Positions 10,201 to 23,868 of a DNA stretch of 64,000 nt are shown here, in pieces. The notes under the pieces are model-generated. The model had not been told where the DNA came from. It saw only the letters and a list, made by a program, of their open reading frames with translations, and searched no databases. Numbering within the stretch: position 1 is the stretch's first letter; every line of letters starts with the position of its first letter. The translations under genes and the position numbers were made by a program. Where the stretch lies: positions 1-64,000 of the forward strand of contig JAMDHS010000075.1 in assembly GCA_029717555.1 (NCBI GenBank). The letters run 5' to 3'. Source of the DNA: Peribolospora baueri (Eukaryota).

Positions 10201-12445
10201 CGCCTTGAACAGACTGGACGTCACTTCTACGTCGTCCACGCTAGCTCCGTGGAACTCGCTCGCGATCTTTGCCCTTTTCTGTAATGAGATTAGGAAATGT
10301 CTTGGATTAGGATTGCGAACGTGGTGCTCCTAGCTCCGACGACACTTGCCTTTTGCGGGCCACCCTTTGTGACTCGCTGCTTGAGCATGCGTTCCTCCAT
10401 GTCTTCTGTGACCTTCCGCTTTGGCGCACGCTGCAATTCAAAAAAATCTGCCACAACAGGAGAGAACCGTCAGTTCTGAGTGAGGGAATGTCCCGAGATG
10501 GGGCGGATGCGCGTACCGTTCACCGTCATACATGTGGAGATGTCCTTGTCCTCTCGGATGCGTATAGCGCGAGGGAAGCGCATGGTGTAACCCATGGCAA
10601 AGTCGGCACATCCGATGATCTCGGAAGATTTGACCTCGAGAACGAAGGAACTGAAAACGCAGAAAAGAGTCGTTCGGCAACTGTCTATGCAAATTTCAAA
10701 AGAAAATGCTCCTCACTCCTTAGGCGAGATCCACAAATCCGGACGATCTGCTGAATTGCCGCTGAACACCAGTCCGTTCGGGGGTTTGTTGGGATTGAAC
10801 TTCTTCCACTTGTCCGAGGTGAGCTCGCTGATCGGATAGAGTGAAAGGATGAGGCGGAATCTCGTGAGCAGATGAACAGGACAGTTTACCATAGCTTGAC
10901 AAGGAGGCTAACTTTATTCGATCATACTCCTCTACGCTAAGACCTCCGCCGACCTTGACGAGCGACATAAACCTGAAGGACAGGGGTGGGTGAGAACAGG
11001 TCTCCATGGAGCGTTGCCCTCACTGGGACGGCCTGAACTCACTCCGGCTCATCCAAGGAGGAGTTGTTCGTCCGGAGACCATCAATGAATGAAGACAGCC
11101 TGCCGCCTCGCTTGCCCGAGCCATACGTAGCGCCTTGAAAGGAAATCCAGACGGACGTCTTCAATAGGACCGTCGGCAACATATCGCAAAAACCTTACTG
11201 ACCGATAACCATAACATCCACGTTCTCGCCCAGCTCATCGATATACTCGGGCTTGACTTTGATCCAAGTGTTCTCGCGACCATTGAGAACGTATTGGCTC
11301 TTTGGATCTTTGACGATCAGCCCCTCTCCCCTTGCCACAGCAGAAATCGAGTCTGAGGAGCATCGGTCGTCGCCCTCTGACGATGACGAAAGCCGCGAGT
11401 GGATCCACGTCCGTCCTTCTGGCACTGCGGCGTCTCGCGAGGATGAAGCTACGGTCGGCGGTCCGGCCGCTAGAACACCCTTGTCTGACAGCGATACGGA
11501 AGATGGAGGGTCTGCAGGAGAATCGCATCCGAGAAGCCTCACGGTCTAGGGCGGAGAGGAGGATATGACGACGTTAGACGATGCAGAGCTTCGGGACTTC
11601 AATAATCAGCGACGCTCTTTACCGCCGCAGGCGGATGTGAGCATGCCATTGCTTTTTATTCACGTCAACCTTGAAAGGCTGATCGCGCCACCGTCTCTAT
11701 TGGCCATTCGACCACGTTCAGGAATTCCAGCCGCAGCGGGAAGGACAGCCAAAAGCATTGGTCGACGAGCCTCGTATGGGCGAATCTGCGCAGGCGCGAG
11801 AGTACGATGAGAACATGATCTTCCGGCATCTGTGAGCTGAACTTTGCATTAGGACCGGATCCCCGGCGATTATCGACTGGTTAAAACGTTATTTTCTTTC
11901 CTTTCTTCTTGTCTACTTTGCCTCAATTTTCTTATTTGCTCTCGTGCTGCTTTTCCTGCAGCGTCTTTTACATGGACTCTGCATATCGAGACGGAGGACG
12001 ATGGCGGGACTTTGAAAAGGTCAGTTATTCACGTACACCATGTGCCCTGTCAGCCTGCCTGGCCCAACGATGCCGATCGTCGTTCGTCTCTCCTTTTCCC
12101 AATAGCCTCTCCGAAGCAGCCGACCTCCTATCGAGAAACGGCGGGGTATTAACGAGCAACTTGAAGGAACCCAAGCTGACGCACATCGTCGTCAATGAAG
12201 ACAACACCGATCGAGTGTACGAGCTGGTGAAGCTCACGAGCTTGCCGAAGCGGAGGCATGTGGTGACGACCGACTGGGTGCATGGTGAGCTGCTGTGTGG
12301 GCCTTGCGTTCCTTCTCCGGTTCAGCGTCTGTCGTCCTCAGTCGCGCTTCACTCACTTCTTCTGTTGCTTTGCTTGGTACGTTCCGCAGATTGTCTCAGA
12401 GAGGGCATGCTTTTGGGAGAGAGATCATATGCACCAGAGTACTGA
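7241..12445 (+). pseudogene. LIG4: DNA ligase IV, multi-exon, disrupted by an internal inversion (~9576-11338) and frameshifts
   Basis: Plus strand: VGPDLYPLVRLLIP, LHPDA..FNVCSDLKVVC, EEKLDGERIQMHK, IILDGEMLVWD, VFDVLYVNG, and a C-terminal BRCT (THIVV..VVTTDWV). Minus strand inside the gene: GEGLIVKDPKSQY..WIKVKPEY, KVGGG, YTMRFPR and the first BRCT. Confidence 0.9.
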
Positions 12446-12953
12446 GAGAGGTGGTTGGGAGCAAAGGAAGCGTCGGGGATTGGTGAGATATGGACGCCGA
12501 CGTTCACCACTTCCATCCTTTCATCCCACGTGCGTCAGAAGGCGAGCTAGCGATCGAGCGAGCAATTTAAAGTAGGGATGCAATGATGACGGCCGAACTC
12601 TCTCACCAGCCGGAGTGAGCAGAGATCCTCTGGGCAGCATAAGCTTAGTAAGGTCACCCGACCCGATGGACAGGTCAGTGTGAACACGGTAGACATCAGA
12701 TAACGTGCATGTTAGGGTTATGGCCTCCGCGCCAGTCGGCCTCGGTGATTTGGCTGAAGCGGGGAACCGACGACGACGACCGCCGTCTCCACAACCACTT
12801 CATTCCCTCGGCCTCCCCTTTTCGCACCCAAGGCGGTATTTCAGGGGCAAAAGGGCCATTTAGGGGTAGGACGATCATTGTATACGTACACCGTCGGCAG
12901 GCGAGATTCATACGCGCACCACCTCGCCCGCTTCCGGGTGACGGCTGGTCGTC

Positions 12954-15900
12954 ATGCTCACCAACGCTGGCCGAGTCGGTCCGAGGCCGGGTTCGGCGTC
13001 GGTCCCCCCTCAGCATGAAGGGCCGAGCCATACATCTGATGACGCTCAATCCAACGGTCAAGACTCGGAGACCGGCAGCAGCAGCCGCGCTCCTCGGCCC
13101 GACACATCCTCGCCAGGGCCGGCCACGGTTGGCTCGTCTTCCGTAGACGTCGTCGACCTCGCCCTCGTTCAAAGACTGCTCGCCACGGAGGAGCGCGCCG
13201 TCAGCAGCGTGGGCCCCGACAGGAAGGTGAGCTGCCTCGCATGTAGGGAGTCCAAGGTCAAGTGCTCCGGCGCTACCGAGGGCACCTGCGCCAGGTGCAA
13301 GCGGACGGGCAGGGAGTGCGTGTTTGAGAAGCACAAGAGGGGCAGAAAACCGGACAGGTTGTGAGTCTATCTCAGAAAGCCCGCTCGCCTTGGTCCACCT
13401 GTGACGCGTGCTTGAAGACTGTTGGGAGCATACGTTTTCTGAACGTCTTTGCTCCTTGGCCACATCATTTCGCAGGAAAGTCCAACGCATCGAAAAATCG
13501 TTTGACACCATCGCCAAGGCTCTTGGCGAGCTACGAGAACTTTCGTCGTCCTCGTCTGCCGTTTCCTCCGGCATATCGGCGTTGGTCAATTCTCATAGAG
13601 ACAGCTTCGATGATGGAGCGAGGTCGAGCAAACAAGAATCAACGGGGGCCTCGTTCTTCCTCCAACGTCCGCCGTCACCCGAGTCGCTCGCCAGGCACGC
13701 CTCCGGGACAGGCCAATCCCCTCCAGGGCGTTCCGAGTCTGTTCAATATCCACCGGCGCCGTCCTCTTCTGCCTTCCCTCATGGTCAACGGCAAGAAGTC
13801 TGCTTCAGATCGCCTCAGCTGCCTTCACCTTCGAGCGCAAGGCGTACGTCAGCCGGCGCCCACGGCTTTGGACGTCCCGACCCCAATCACTCTCGAGAAG
13901 ACTATCATGCTTCCTCACACCATTACCATCGCTTGTCTATTTCGTCATCGTTCTTGGCTCGTCCACCTTTCCACTCGCCGACCCAACAAGCCATCTCTCC
14001 TCATCCGTCTGCCTCGTCCGGCCCATCTCCAGCATCGGCCACCTCGCTCTCGGGTAGCATGCCGTTTCCCTCGGCCATGTCAGCCTCGCCTGGCCCGGCA
14101 GCCCGCCGGTCGTATTCTCCGTCCCTGTCTCCGCCTCGTTGGGTCCGACACAAGCATCTCGTGGACGACGAAGGCGATTCCCATTCAGAGGATCAGACCT
14201 CGATGCAGACGCTGAGCAACCCTCTGCGATTGCTGGCCCAGGCGAGCGAGACGGAGCGGAGGGAAAAGGAGAGGACCCAGGACTGGTCAATGGGCCCCGA
14301 GGGCGACAGTCACGCTGAAGGCCCTTCGTCGATGGATATCGACCCTTCTCTCGGTGAAGGCAAGGGGCCCCCGTCTGACCGATCGGGAGCGCAGCCAAGT
14401 CGAGAAGATGCACAGCCCACCGTTGCTGCTCAGACACGGTCCGGTGCCGGCGTCGCGGGACAAGCGTACTTCAGGAAGAGCATCTTCCATCCCGTCCTCG
14501 ACAACGATGACCCGCGCTTGGACCCTATCGAGCGTGGTTTGCTGACCGAGGAGACGGCAGCAGAGTTATTCGATATGTGAGTTCAGCCTTCTTCTTTGAC
14601 GATTTTTCATTTATTCTCTTGGGATTCGTCTGATATTTCGTCATCCCACTAGTTTCTACGAGCATCACAATCCAATTCTCACCCTCCTAGACCCCTACCT
14701 CTCGACGCTTGCCTACGTCCGTTTCCACTCCTCTTTCCTCCTCTCCGTTATATGCTCCCTCGCTGCCCGCTACGACCCATCCCCTGACGCTCCCACTCTG
14801 TCCTCCTCCCTGGACGAGCACATCCGCCGCGAGCTCATGCCGCGCGTTCTATGCGACGGGTACAAAAGCGTGGAGATTGCTCAGGCTTTCGTCATCCTCG
14901 CTGCGTATCATCCGGTCGCTGATAGCGTCGTCGGAGATAGGACTTGGGCGTACTTAGGCAATGCAAGTGAGCGGTGCTGCTGTGGTCGTATGTCTCGCGG
15001 CCGGACAATTTATTGACGACGACGCCCTTCCTTCCGGTCTTCCGTCCGATTTTCTCTCTAGTTCGCATTGCCACTGAACTTGCGCTTAACTCAGGTATCC
15101 AATCTTACCTCGCGCCGAACGATGAGTTGTTGCAACGCCAGCTGAGGAACCAGGAACGACTGTGGATGAACCTTTTCCTATTCGAGAGAAGGTGAGCTCG
15201 TCGGATCGTGAGGAGTTGAAAGCGTGCGTTGCTGACTTTCCCGTCCATGAAATCAACTTGTGAATCGCCAATCGATGGTATCAGCCTCGCCTCCCAGAGC
15301 GGGCGACAGTGGACGCTCGGTGACGACGCGGTCATCAGGAGCTGTGCGCGGTGGCACAAGCGCGAGTTTGCGATCCCAGAAGACGAGGCGCTAGTCGCGA
15401 TAGTGGAGCTCAGAAGGATTATGGTGAGTCTTCCGATTAGCTGTCCGACGATGACGGGTTAAAGTGATGTCGCCATGTGAGGTCATATGCGAAGGATAAT
15501 ATCTGTGCTGTCTCTCCAGTCGCACCACCACGGCGCATTCAACACCTACGTCCTACCCACCCTCACCCCTCTCCGTCCAGGCTACGTGTCACGAAGGGTA
15601 TCTCCTCTGCCGTCGAACCATGACGCGGAAGGGTCGAGTGAGGTGGCGAAGCATTTCGAGAAGCAGTTCGTGTGTAGGTCGAAGCACGAGGATTTTCAAC
15701 TGGAGTTCTATCGTCGAGAGGTCAACGATGACCTCGAGCGATGGAAAAAGACTTGGTGCGAGCGGGGGGCGGCGACGCGTGAGTCTCGTTTCCATATTCC
15801 CACTCCCAGGCGACTTGCTCGTTTCCATATTCCCACTCCCAGGCGACTTGTTCGTGGGGTGTCTGTTGACTTGTCGCGGATCTTTCAGCAACCGCCTACC

Positions 15901-17408
15901 GCCTCGCTAGAACTGGCAAACTCTATCACGCCTATGCCCAGCTCATCACCCTCTCCCTCCCCCTACGCTCCAAGATCGATGACGAGGCGAAACATCTCGC
16001 GCCCTTCTACCGGGATTGCTACGCTGCCGCCGTCGGCTATCTCAGCCTCTTCTTGGACAAACTCGGACCAGATAAGCTGACTTACATGAGCAACTCGAGC
16101 GTCGTGACTGCCGTGTACTGCGCTATCTTTGCCTTGAGAGTGAGTTTCTCTTTGACGGCATCCTCTCGCCGACTGCTCCTGCGGCTCATGTCACCTCATT
16201 TCGCCCTGTCACAGCTCTCGTCCTTATCACCCCAAACATTCCGTATCATCTCTCCTACCCGCGTCAACGCTCTGGTGCGCTTGCTGGCCGAAGCTCTGGC
16301 CGTATCCGGCCGCACGCCGCCTCATCGAACGACTGCAGTGTCGTCGTCGTACGCCGACTTTCTGTTTGCTGTCTTGAAAAGATGGGAGAATCGAGACGAT
16401 GTGGTGAAGCGGGCGGCCGCTGCACCTGTCCGAAAGGCGACGAGCAAGGCGACTCTGTCCGGCAGCAGTCCGAGAATGGCCAAAATGGAGGACAGAGCTG
16501 GAGGGAGCTCATCGGCTCTGCAGGATACTGGTGACGATGTGCAGTCCGACGGCAATGTTCCGCGAGAGAGTTTGAGCGGTTCGGCCGACCTGCAGTCACA
16601 CTCGTTCGTGGACCCCGGCCCGGAATCGTACGGCCGAGAAAGGGCATCGGTTGGCACGCCTTTCCAGCCTCTCTCTTCTGCCGGCCACGCCAGTCTGCCC
16701 GGCTTCAAGCCTCCAGCTGGTGGCGCTTCCCAGGACGCGGCGGACGTGTCGAGGTCATCTAACGTCTCCTTCGGCACGCAGGCGGGCGCGGGAGCCCGAG
16801 GCGACTCTCAACTCTTCAACGCCCCCGTTTCCATGCCGCTCTCCTCGTTCAATGGCCTCGCTAACCCATTCTCCTCCGTTCCCTCCGCGCCTTCGACTGC
16901 GCCCGCTTCAACTGGCTGGCCACCGCCACCGCCCTTCCCAGGTGGCGGAGGAGGAGCGAGTCTGAATCTGGGCGAAGATCCGAACTTGTCGAGTGGTGTC
17001 ATGGCAGTGGGAGGCGCGGGAGGGGAGCCGCGGGACTGGCTCTGGGGGGTGGATCTGGCAGGACAGAGCAATGAGATGTTGGGTGAGTGCGATGTGCTTC
17101 CTCAGAGTCGTCAGGTGCGAGTGGCGTGTCCTGATCGTCCGCCTTCTCTTTCCTTCCTTTCGCTCCGCTCTTCGTATTCAGATCGTCTGGTCCGGGAATC
17201 GCTCTTTGGCGAAATGTCTGCCCTCTTCCCTTCGGCCCCCAGTTCACCCGGCCCAGGCTTCAGCGGCCTGCCACCAGGTACAACTATAAGTGGTCCGATG
17301 GGCGGTGGTGGCGGTGGGGCGCACGGACAGGCGACGATGGCGTACTTCGCTCCGTCGTTCCCACAGCACCAGCACGACCAGCAACAGCACCACCGACATC
17401 AGCCTTGA
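12954..17408 (+). CDS. Zn(II)2Cys6 fungal transcription factor with middle homology region (multi-exon)
   Basis: SCLACRESKVKC-6x-CARCKRTGREC; LSNPLRLLAQAS; DPIERGLLT; YKSVEIAQAF, RNQERLWMNLF; GT-AG introns. Confidence 0.9.
15785..15850. repeat. Perfect 33-bp tandem duplication within an intron
   Basis: CTCGTTTCCATATTCCCACTCCCAGGCGACTTG x2, just after the GTGAGT donor at 15779. Confidence 0.95.
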
Positions 17409-17984
17409 CCTGATCGAGGCGAAAGCACATGAATTGCCCGCGGGGGAGATGTGAGGCGAGACGGCGAGGGTCGAAGGGGCGAGAGCGCGACCATGTCCAC
17501 GGGCGTGGCCGCGGTCACCAGGAGATGGGTCAAGAGGAGCGAAGGACGTGCTCAGAGGCCATTGCGGCGTGTTGAAATCGTTCCTCGCCGGTCCACGCCC
17601 CGGTGAAATTCAAAGCAAAGAAAGAGACGATCACGTGTGCTGCAGTGCCGCTTCGTCGGCCCGATGGCGATAACCTGTCCAGGGACCGAGGTCACCTGAA
17701 CGGCAAGTGGTGGACGTCCTGTCGCCCTGGAGAACGCCGGGCTGCGGTCGGCTCGGCGAGTGATCGGCGGGCCGGACCGAGAGAGGAAATCGCCGAGGAC
17801 CGCAGTCGACCTCAGCGGCGGGGTGCGTTGGTTCCGGCCGGGGACGAGGCAGATGGAAGAGGGGAGAGGGGGTATATAAAGATATGGATGTGGACGTGAT
17901 TAGCTCCTCCTCACCACGCCGTTCCTTGTTCCCTTTCAGTTGTACTGTATCTTTACTGCCTTAGCATCCTTCCTCGTCCTCTCC

Positions 17985-20193
17985 ATGCTCATCGCGTCCA
18001 CCCGCCTCCGCGTCGCCGCTAGGTGTCTCCCGCGGCAGCAGATCATCTCACTCCACGCTTCTCATCGCGCTTCTAATCCAGATGTCGTCCCACACGATGA
18101 ACCCCTCTTCCCCCGCTACGTGCCCCTCGCCTTCCACCGCGATCGCCAGCAGGGATCCATCGACGCCGTGTTTCCCAGCCTCAGCGGCGAGCCCACCGCC
18201 GAGCTGCCCGAGCGCTTTGCCGAGCTCAAGCGCGCGCTCGTAAATGGGGAGACGAGGCGGAGGCAGGTCAGGCAGATGTGGACAGATGTACTGGCGAGGG
18301 TTAAGGAGGACGTGAAAGAAGTCGTCGAGAAGGGGAACCAGGTGAGCTTCCGTTCGTCGGTCGAGCCACACCATCTTTCTTTCTTTCATGACACCCTCTT
18401 CCTCCTCTACTATAGATCATTCCCCAAATTCGCTTTTCCGAGCTTGCCCCCACCACCTCCTCCCCCTTTGGCTCTCTCTCCGACTCTGCCAAAGCAGAGA
18501 TTAAGCGCCGGGGATCGGTTATTATCCGCGGCGTCGTGGATCCGGAGGTCGCTCTGCGTTGGAAAGAGGACGTGCGGGAGTACGTGAGGAAGAACCCGGA
18601 GGTCAAGGGTGGGTGCCGCGATAGCGAGTCCGGCCCTGAAGTCATCTTTTTGGCCGTCCGTTTGCTCCGTTGTGACCTACCCAACCTTCCTCATCAATGA
18701 ACCCACGGCACAGGTTTCCCGGCCAACGATCCCCAGGTCTACGAGCTCTACTGGTCGACGGCGCAGTTGGCCGCTCGAGCGCATCCCAACGTCCTCCACG
18801 CCCACCGCTGGGCCCTCTCTCAGCTCTGGCACTCTTCCGACCCGCTCTCCGAGGTCAGCTTGGGAACGCCTATTTCCTATGCGGACAGAGTGAGGATTCG
18901 GACCCCCGGTGATGCCGTGTTCGCGTGAGTGGCGCCATCGGCCCTAGATTCCTGTTGAATCCTTCGGTTTTACTGTGCTCATCTTCCCTTCCCTCTCGCT
19001 CGCTCCAGCCTCGGGCCCCACATCGACGGCGGCTCCCTAGAGCGCTGGGAAGATCCAGGCTTCCGCGCTTGCTTCAGCTCCATCTTTCAAGAGGCATGGG
19101 CGGGCAGTGCAGACGGGCTCGACGAGCTGAAACCGGACGTCTGGACAAGGCACGACCCTTGGGATGCCACGCCGAGGTTGACGGCTCAGGTCGACCTGTA
19201 CGGTGGTGCGGGTGCTGTGAGTAGACAAGAACGGCCCTGGTCGATGGGCTGCTCATTCGAATAGGTAAGAGATGAGACTGACTCGTCTGGAATTTTAGTG
19301 CTCCATGTTCAGGCCGTTGCAGGGATGGCTATCGATGAGCAGCACCGGCCCGGGCGAGGTGTGTCCTTACCGTAACTTTCGGCCTGAGGCTGCGCAAACG
19401 CGCTGACCAACCGCTCTTGTGGCCACTTACTGTCATTGATCCGCACTCCAGGGAACTCTACGCCTGCTACCCTTCCTCGTCTCTTCCACAGCATACCTCC
19501 TTCTGCGCCCATTCTTTCGTCCGCTCCAACCGCTCCTCTCCCCCTCCTCCCCTTCCGCACGCTCTGACTTTCTGGCAGACTCCAATTGGGTCCTCGACCT
19601 CGACTCCACCTCGTTTCCCGGCAGCAACCCGGGATGTTCCCAGGAACTCAGCGACGAGACGCACCCGCATCTCGAGCTGGGCAAGAGCATGGTCAGCGTG
19701 CCTAAGGTGGAGCCTGGTGACGAGGTGCTGTGGCATTGCGATACGGTTCACGCTGTTGGTGAGTCGTCAATGTGATCGGGCTGCGCACGAGCCGGCAGCG
19801 ACGACGACAGACCATCTTTCAGCAGTGGTTCTCGGAAACGTCCAGGCTGATGCCGCGTCCCACTTCCTATCCCTTCCAGAACCCCATCACAACGGCAAAG
19901 GGGACTCTTCAGTGATCTACGTTGCCCCGATCCCCCTCACCATCCACAACGCTGACTACCTCGGCCGCCAGCGAGACGGCTTCTTCTCCGGACGCCCCGG
20001 CCCAGACTTCCCAGGCGGCGAGGGCGAGAGCGGATTCGTTGGGCGCGGCAGACACATGGACGTGAAGGGACAAGATGGGAGGAGGGCGATGGGGCTTGAG
20101 AAGTTTGTCGTCACGGGTGCGGAGGGAAAGATGATGGAGGGAGAGAAAAGGGTCGTCGAGGCGGCCAATAAAATGCTTTTTGGAAGTTCCTGA
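17985..20193 (+). CDS. DUF1479 (YbiU/Gig2-like) putative Fe-dependent oxygenase, multi-exon, possible mitochondrial presequence
   Basis: LPERFAELK, YELYWS..Q..AR.HP, LGPHIDGGSLERWEDP, QGWLSMS.TGPGE, PGD.V.WHCD.VHAVE, SSVIY, GPDFPGGEGES; TATATAAA at ~17873. Confidence 0.85.
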
Positions 20194-20599
20194 AGGACAG
20201 TTGGGAAGATCATAACGCAGGGCGCTCGTGGTTAGGATGCGCGCAGTTCGCCTGCGATCCGTACAATTTTTCTGTTTCGCCTTTGACATCTTTTTGCCAA
20301 TCTGAAACCGCATGGGGGTCGATTTCTCCAAACTGGACTTTATGCAAGACGGCAGTGGTACCAGGAGAAGGTTGCGTACGGTAACACAAGAGAAGATGGC
20401 GTGCGACAGGACGCGTCAGGTAGTGAGAGCGGATATTTGTCCTCGCCATCGATTTTATTGCTCTATTCTTCCAGTACAAAAGGACCCAAGTCTATCGAGG
20501 GGAGATAGTAGGCAACACATATTATGACTGCATCTGAATAGATTGAAACGAAGGCGCGGCGGAGGCGCTCCTTCATCTGAAGCGAACTCGGGCTCGCGC

Positions 20600-23500
20600 T
20601 TAGGCGGTGACCTTGATATCATTCGTGTTCTGCTCCAGGATCATGCGCTTATACTCGCTGACGTCGCAATAGAGCTTCTTGACCGTGCCGTTGCCGGTCA
20701 TCCACTAGAGATGGAGAGAACGACGAGAATCCGGTTAGGAGCGAGGACGGTGGAAGTGAGAAAGACTGTTATAGAGTGAGCGAGCGGAACGACACGAAAG
20801 ACACTCACGAGCTCTTTGCAGCACCTGTTGATGAACGTCTGGTCGTGAGAAATGACGATCACGCCGCCATTCCACGCGTTGATCTGGTGTGTGCGGGTGC
20901 GCGGGACAGTGGCCGTGAACTCAGTCATGGAAGCATTAAACAAGACGAAAGGAAAATCTGGACAGGAGACTCACAGCTGCCATTAGGGCGTCGAGGCCTT
21001 CGATGTCGAGATGGTTGGTCGGCTGATCCAGCGAGGCGTCGCATCAAAGGCAGCTATATTCAGTCATCACGTTCATAGGAGCAGACGAGGGCCTAAAGAC
21101 TGGCAGGTTAAACGAGCGAGCCTCACCTCGTCTAGCAGGAGCACGTGCGGCTTTTGCAAGCTCAGTTGGGCAAACGCAACCCTGCTCTTTTGACCACCGG
21201 AGAGCGTAGCAATCTTCTGCAACCCCGTCATACCAGTAATGCCAAACGCGCCGAGATGAGCCCTGTACTCCTGCTCGGTCTTGCCGGGGAACTTGCTGGC
21301 GAGGAAAGCGACGGGGGACATGCTCAAGTCGAGCTGATCGATGTGGTGCTGGGTGAAGAAACCGATGCGGAGACGGCTGTTGCGCTTCACATCGCCTTTG
21401 AGCGGCGAAATTTGGCTTATGAGCAGCTTCATCCTGGGATGGCAAGAAGAAAATAGCGGACCGAAAAAGGTGGAAGGGTTATCCATGAACGACTACCCTT
21501 CCGAGAAGGAGGAATGTCAACTCACAATGTGGACTTTCCAGCCCCGTTTGGCCCGACAACAGCGACTCGACTGTCCATGCCCACATCAAAGTTGACTGTA
21601 ACCATGAAGGCGGCCGCAGTTAGCGCCGATACTTTACGAGAGCCTGAGCATGCGGAAAGGCTCACTATCGCGAAGAAGAATCCGATCCTTGTCGTAACCG
21701 AAGGTGACGTTATCCAGCTGAAGGAGCGGCGGAGGCACCTTCTCGGTTTCGGGGAGACTAGTAACCGAGGAGATGTGACGGTATTCAGTCACGGCTTGCA
21801 CCTCGTTGACGATCGTGGCCAGTGTCTGCTCCGTCGAGACTCACCTGAACTTGACGACATCATCCGCCTCAGGCGGTTCTAGGTCGGGCAACTTTTCAAG
21901 GATCTTGATTTTGCTCTGCGCCTGAGCGGCCCTATTCGCGTTGTACCTCCACCGGTCGATGAACGCCTGAAGGTGCTGACGGTACTGTAGCTGAGTCTCG
22001 TATTCGCGCTGCTGATTCTTGCGGCGTTCCTCGCGCGTCTCGTAGAACTGGTCAAAGTTGCCCTTGTAATAGTCGAGACGCTCGGAGTGCTGGTGGATGA
22101 TGTCCGTCGCGACCTGATTCAGGAAGGCTCGGTCGTGAGAGCTGTCGGCACGTACAGTGGTGGAGGTAACATTGTAAGAGAAGCGACGAAAGAAAATCAA
22201 GTCAGGTCCGTCAAACGATCACTCACACGACCAAGAGAGTGCCAGCCCAGGACTGCAGATAGTTTTCGAGCCAAGCGATGGCATTAAGATCAAGCATGTT
22301 GGACGGCTCGTCGAGCATGAGCAAGCTGGCAAGGCGCAAATGAAGTGGCGGGCGTGAGCGGTGGGAAAACGACGCCTGGGAGATGATCGTAAAACTCACT
22401 CGGGCTTGCAGAACAGCGCTCTGGCGAGCGCCAAACGCATTCTCCAACCTCCGGAGAAATTCTTGGTCGGCTTCTGCTGATCTGCCTGGCTGAAGCCGAG
22501 GCCTGCAAGGAGGCTCGCCGCCCTGGCGGGACCGGTTTCCGCCTCCATCTCGACGAGCTTGTTTTGCACCTCTCCCAGCCTCGCCTGCAGTTCCTCCCTC
22601 TCGTTCTCCTTCTGCCGCGTGGGAAGATCCAAAGCATTCGCCTGACCTTCAGCGGAGGACAGAGTTTGTTCGATCTCCGTGAGCCTGGCATTGAGGTCGC
22701 GCTCCTCGCTGAGTAGCTTTTCTCGCCAGACGTCTGCCCGCAGCACAGCTTCGAGAGCTGGAGTGTCGTCGCCCGCGATCTCCTGCTCAACGTAGAGAAG
22801 CGTAATGTGCATCGGGATGGGCACCTCGCGCAGAGCCATGTGGCGCAGAAGAGTTGACTTTCCGACACCGTTGCGACCTGCGGTGAAAAAACAAAACGTG
22901 ACGCTCGTTGTGAACGCCGTAGGCCAAGGACGGAAACCAGACGCCTGCTCACCGATGAGACCGTATCTCCTGCCATGTGCGAGGGTGAGGGACGCGTTGG
23001 AGAGGATGCGGTTCGAGCCAAAGTTGACGTCGATGCTGGGCAAATGGATGTCCTTGTTCTTGCCTTTGGAGGAAGCCATGTCAAGCGGGTTGACCTTGAG
23101 GAACATTTCCTCATAGCTCTGCTGCTTTTTGGCCGCCTCGACGAGCTTAGAGCTCTCGTACAGGTCGCGCTGAGCGCGCTTGGCGAGCTTTGCTCGAGTC
23201 TTGGCCTCTTGTTTTTCTGCTCAACCGCCGACTGTGAGCATTAGCACAAGCTAGCATTCGCGAGTCATTCTACGGCGGTGACTTACCGAGCTTTTTGACG
23301 TCGACTGTGGTCCTACTCGTGCCCGCCTTGCCACCGAGGCCGAGATCGACGGCGTCTCCAAAGCCCATCGTCTTGCTCAACTCGGTCTTTTTCATGTCCA
23401 CCACTTTGTCCAGCCTCATGAGCCCATTCTGGGCGCTATGGCCGCGCGAGCCGTTTTTCTCCTCGAGGATGATAGCGATTTGCTTGCAGACGTCGTCGAC

Positions 23501-23868
23501 AAGGTTGGTGGTGGAGGAGGAGGGGTCGGAGAGATAGAAGGACTCGAGCATCGGTCGAACGACGGTGGCGAGCACATCCTCTGACGGGTCTGCGTCCGGA
23601 TCACCAACGTAGCCATCCAAGTAAGAGATCTAAGGAGGCAGTACAAGCGAGCGCAAGCGTTAGAGGCAGGAACTTGCAATCAGAGACAGACACCGGCCAT
23701 GGAGACAGACAGCGATTGGAAAAAAAAATCGTTGTGCAACACTCACGATCGGGTCGTCGAGCCCTGGAAGATGCTGCCTCAGAATCTGCGGAGAAGCACA
23801 AGGTCGGATCAGACTCGAGGAAATAGGTATCGTAGACGCCACCCATCCTCTCTCACCTTGGCCGCCAT
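20600..23868 (-). CDS. GCN20: ABCF-family ATPase GCN20/ABCF3 (multi-exon)
   Basis: Two NBDs and no TM segments: [65 protein letters not shown]; linker [21 protein letters not shown]. Confidence 0.93.
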
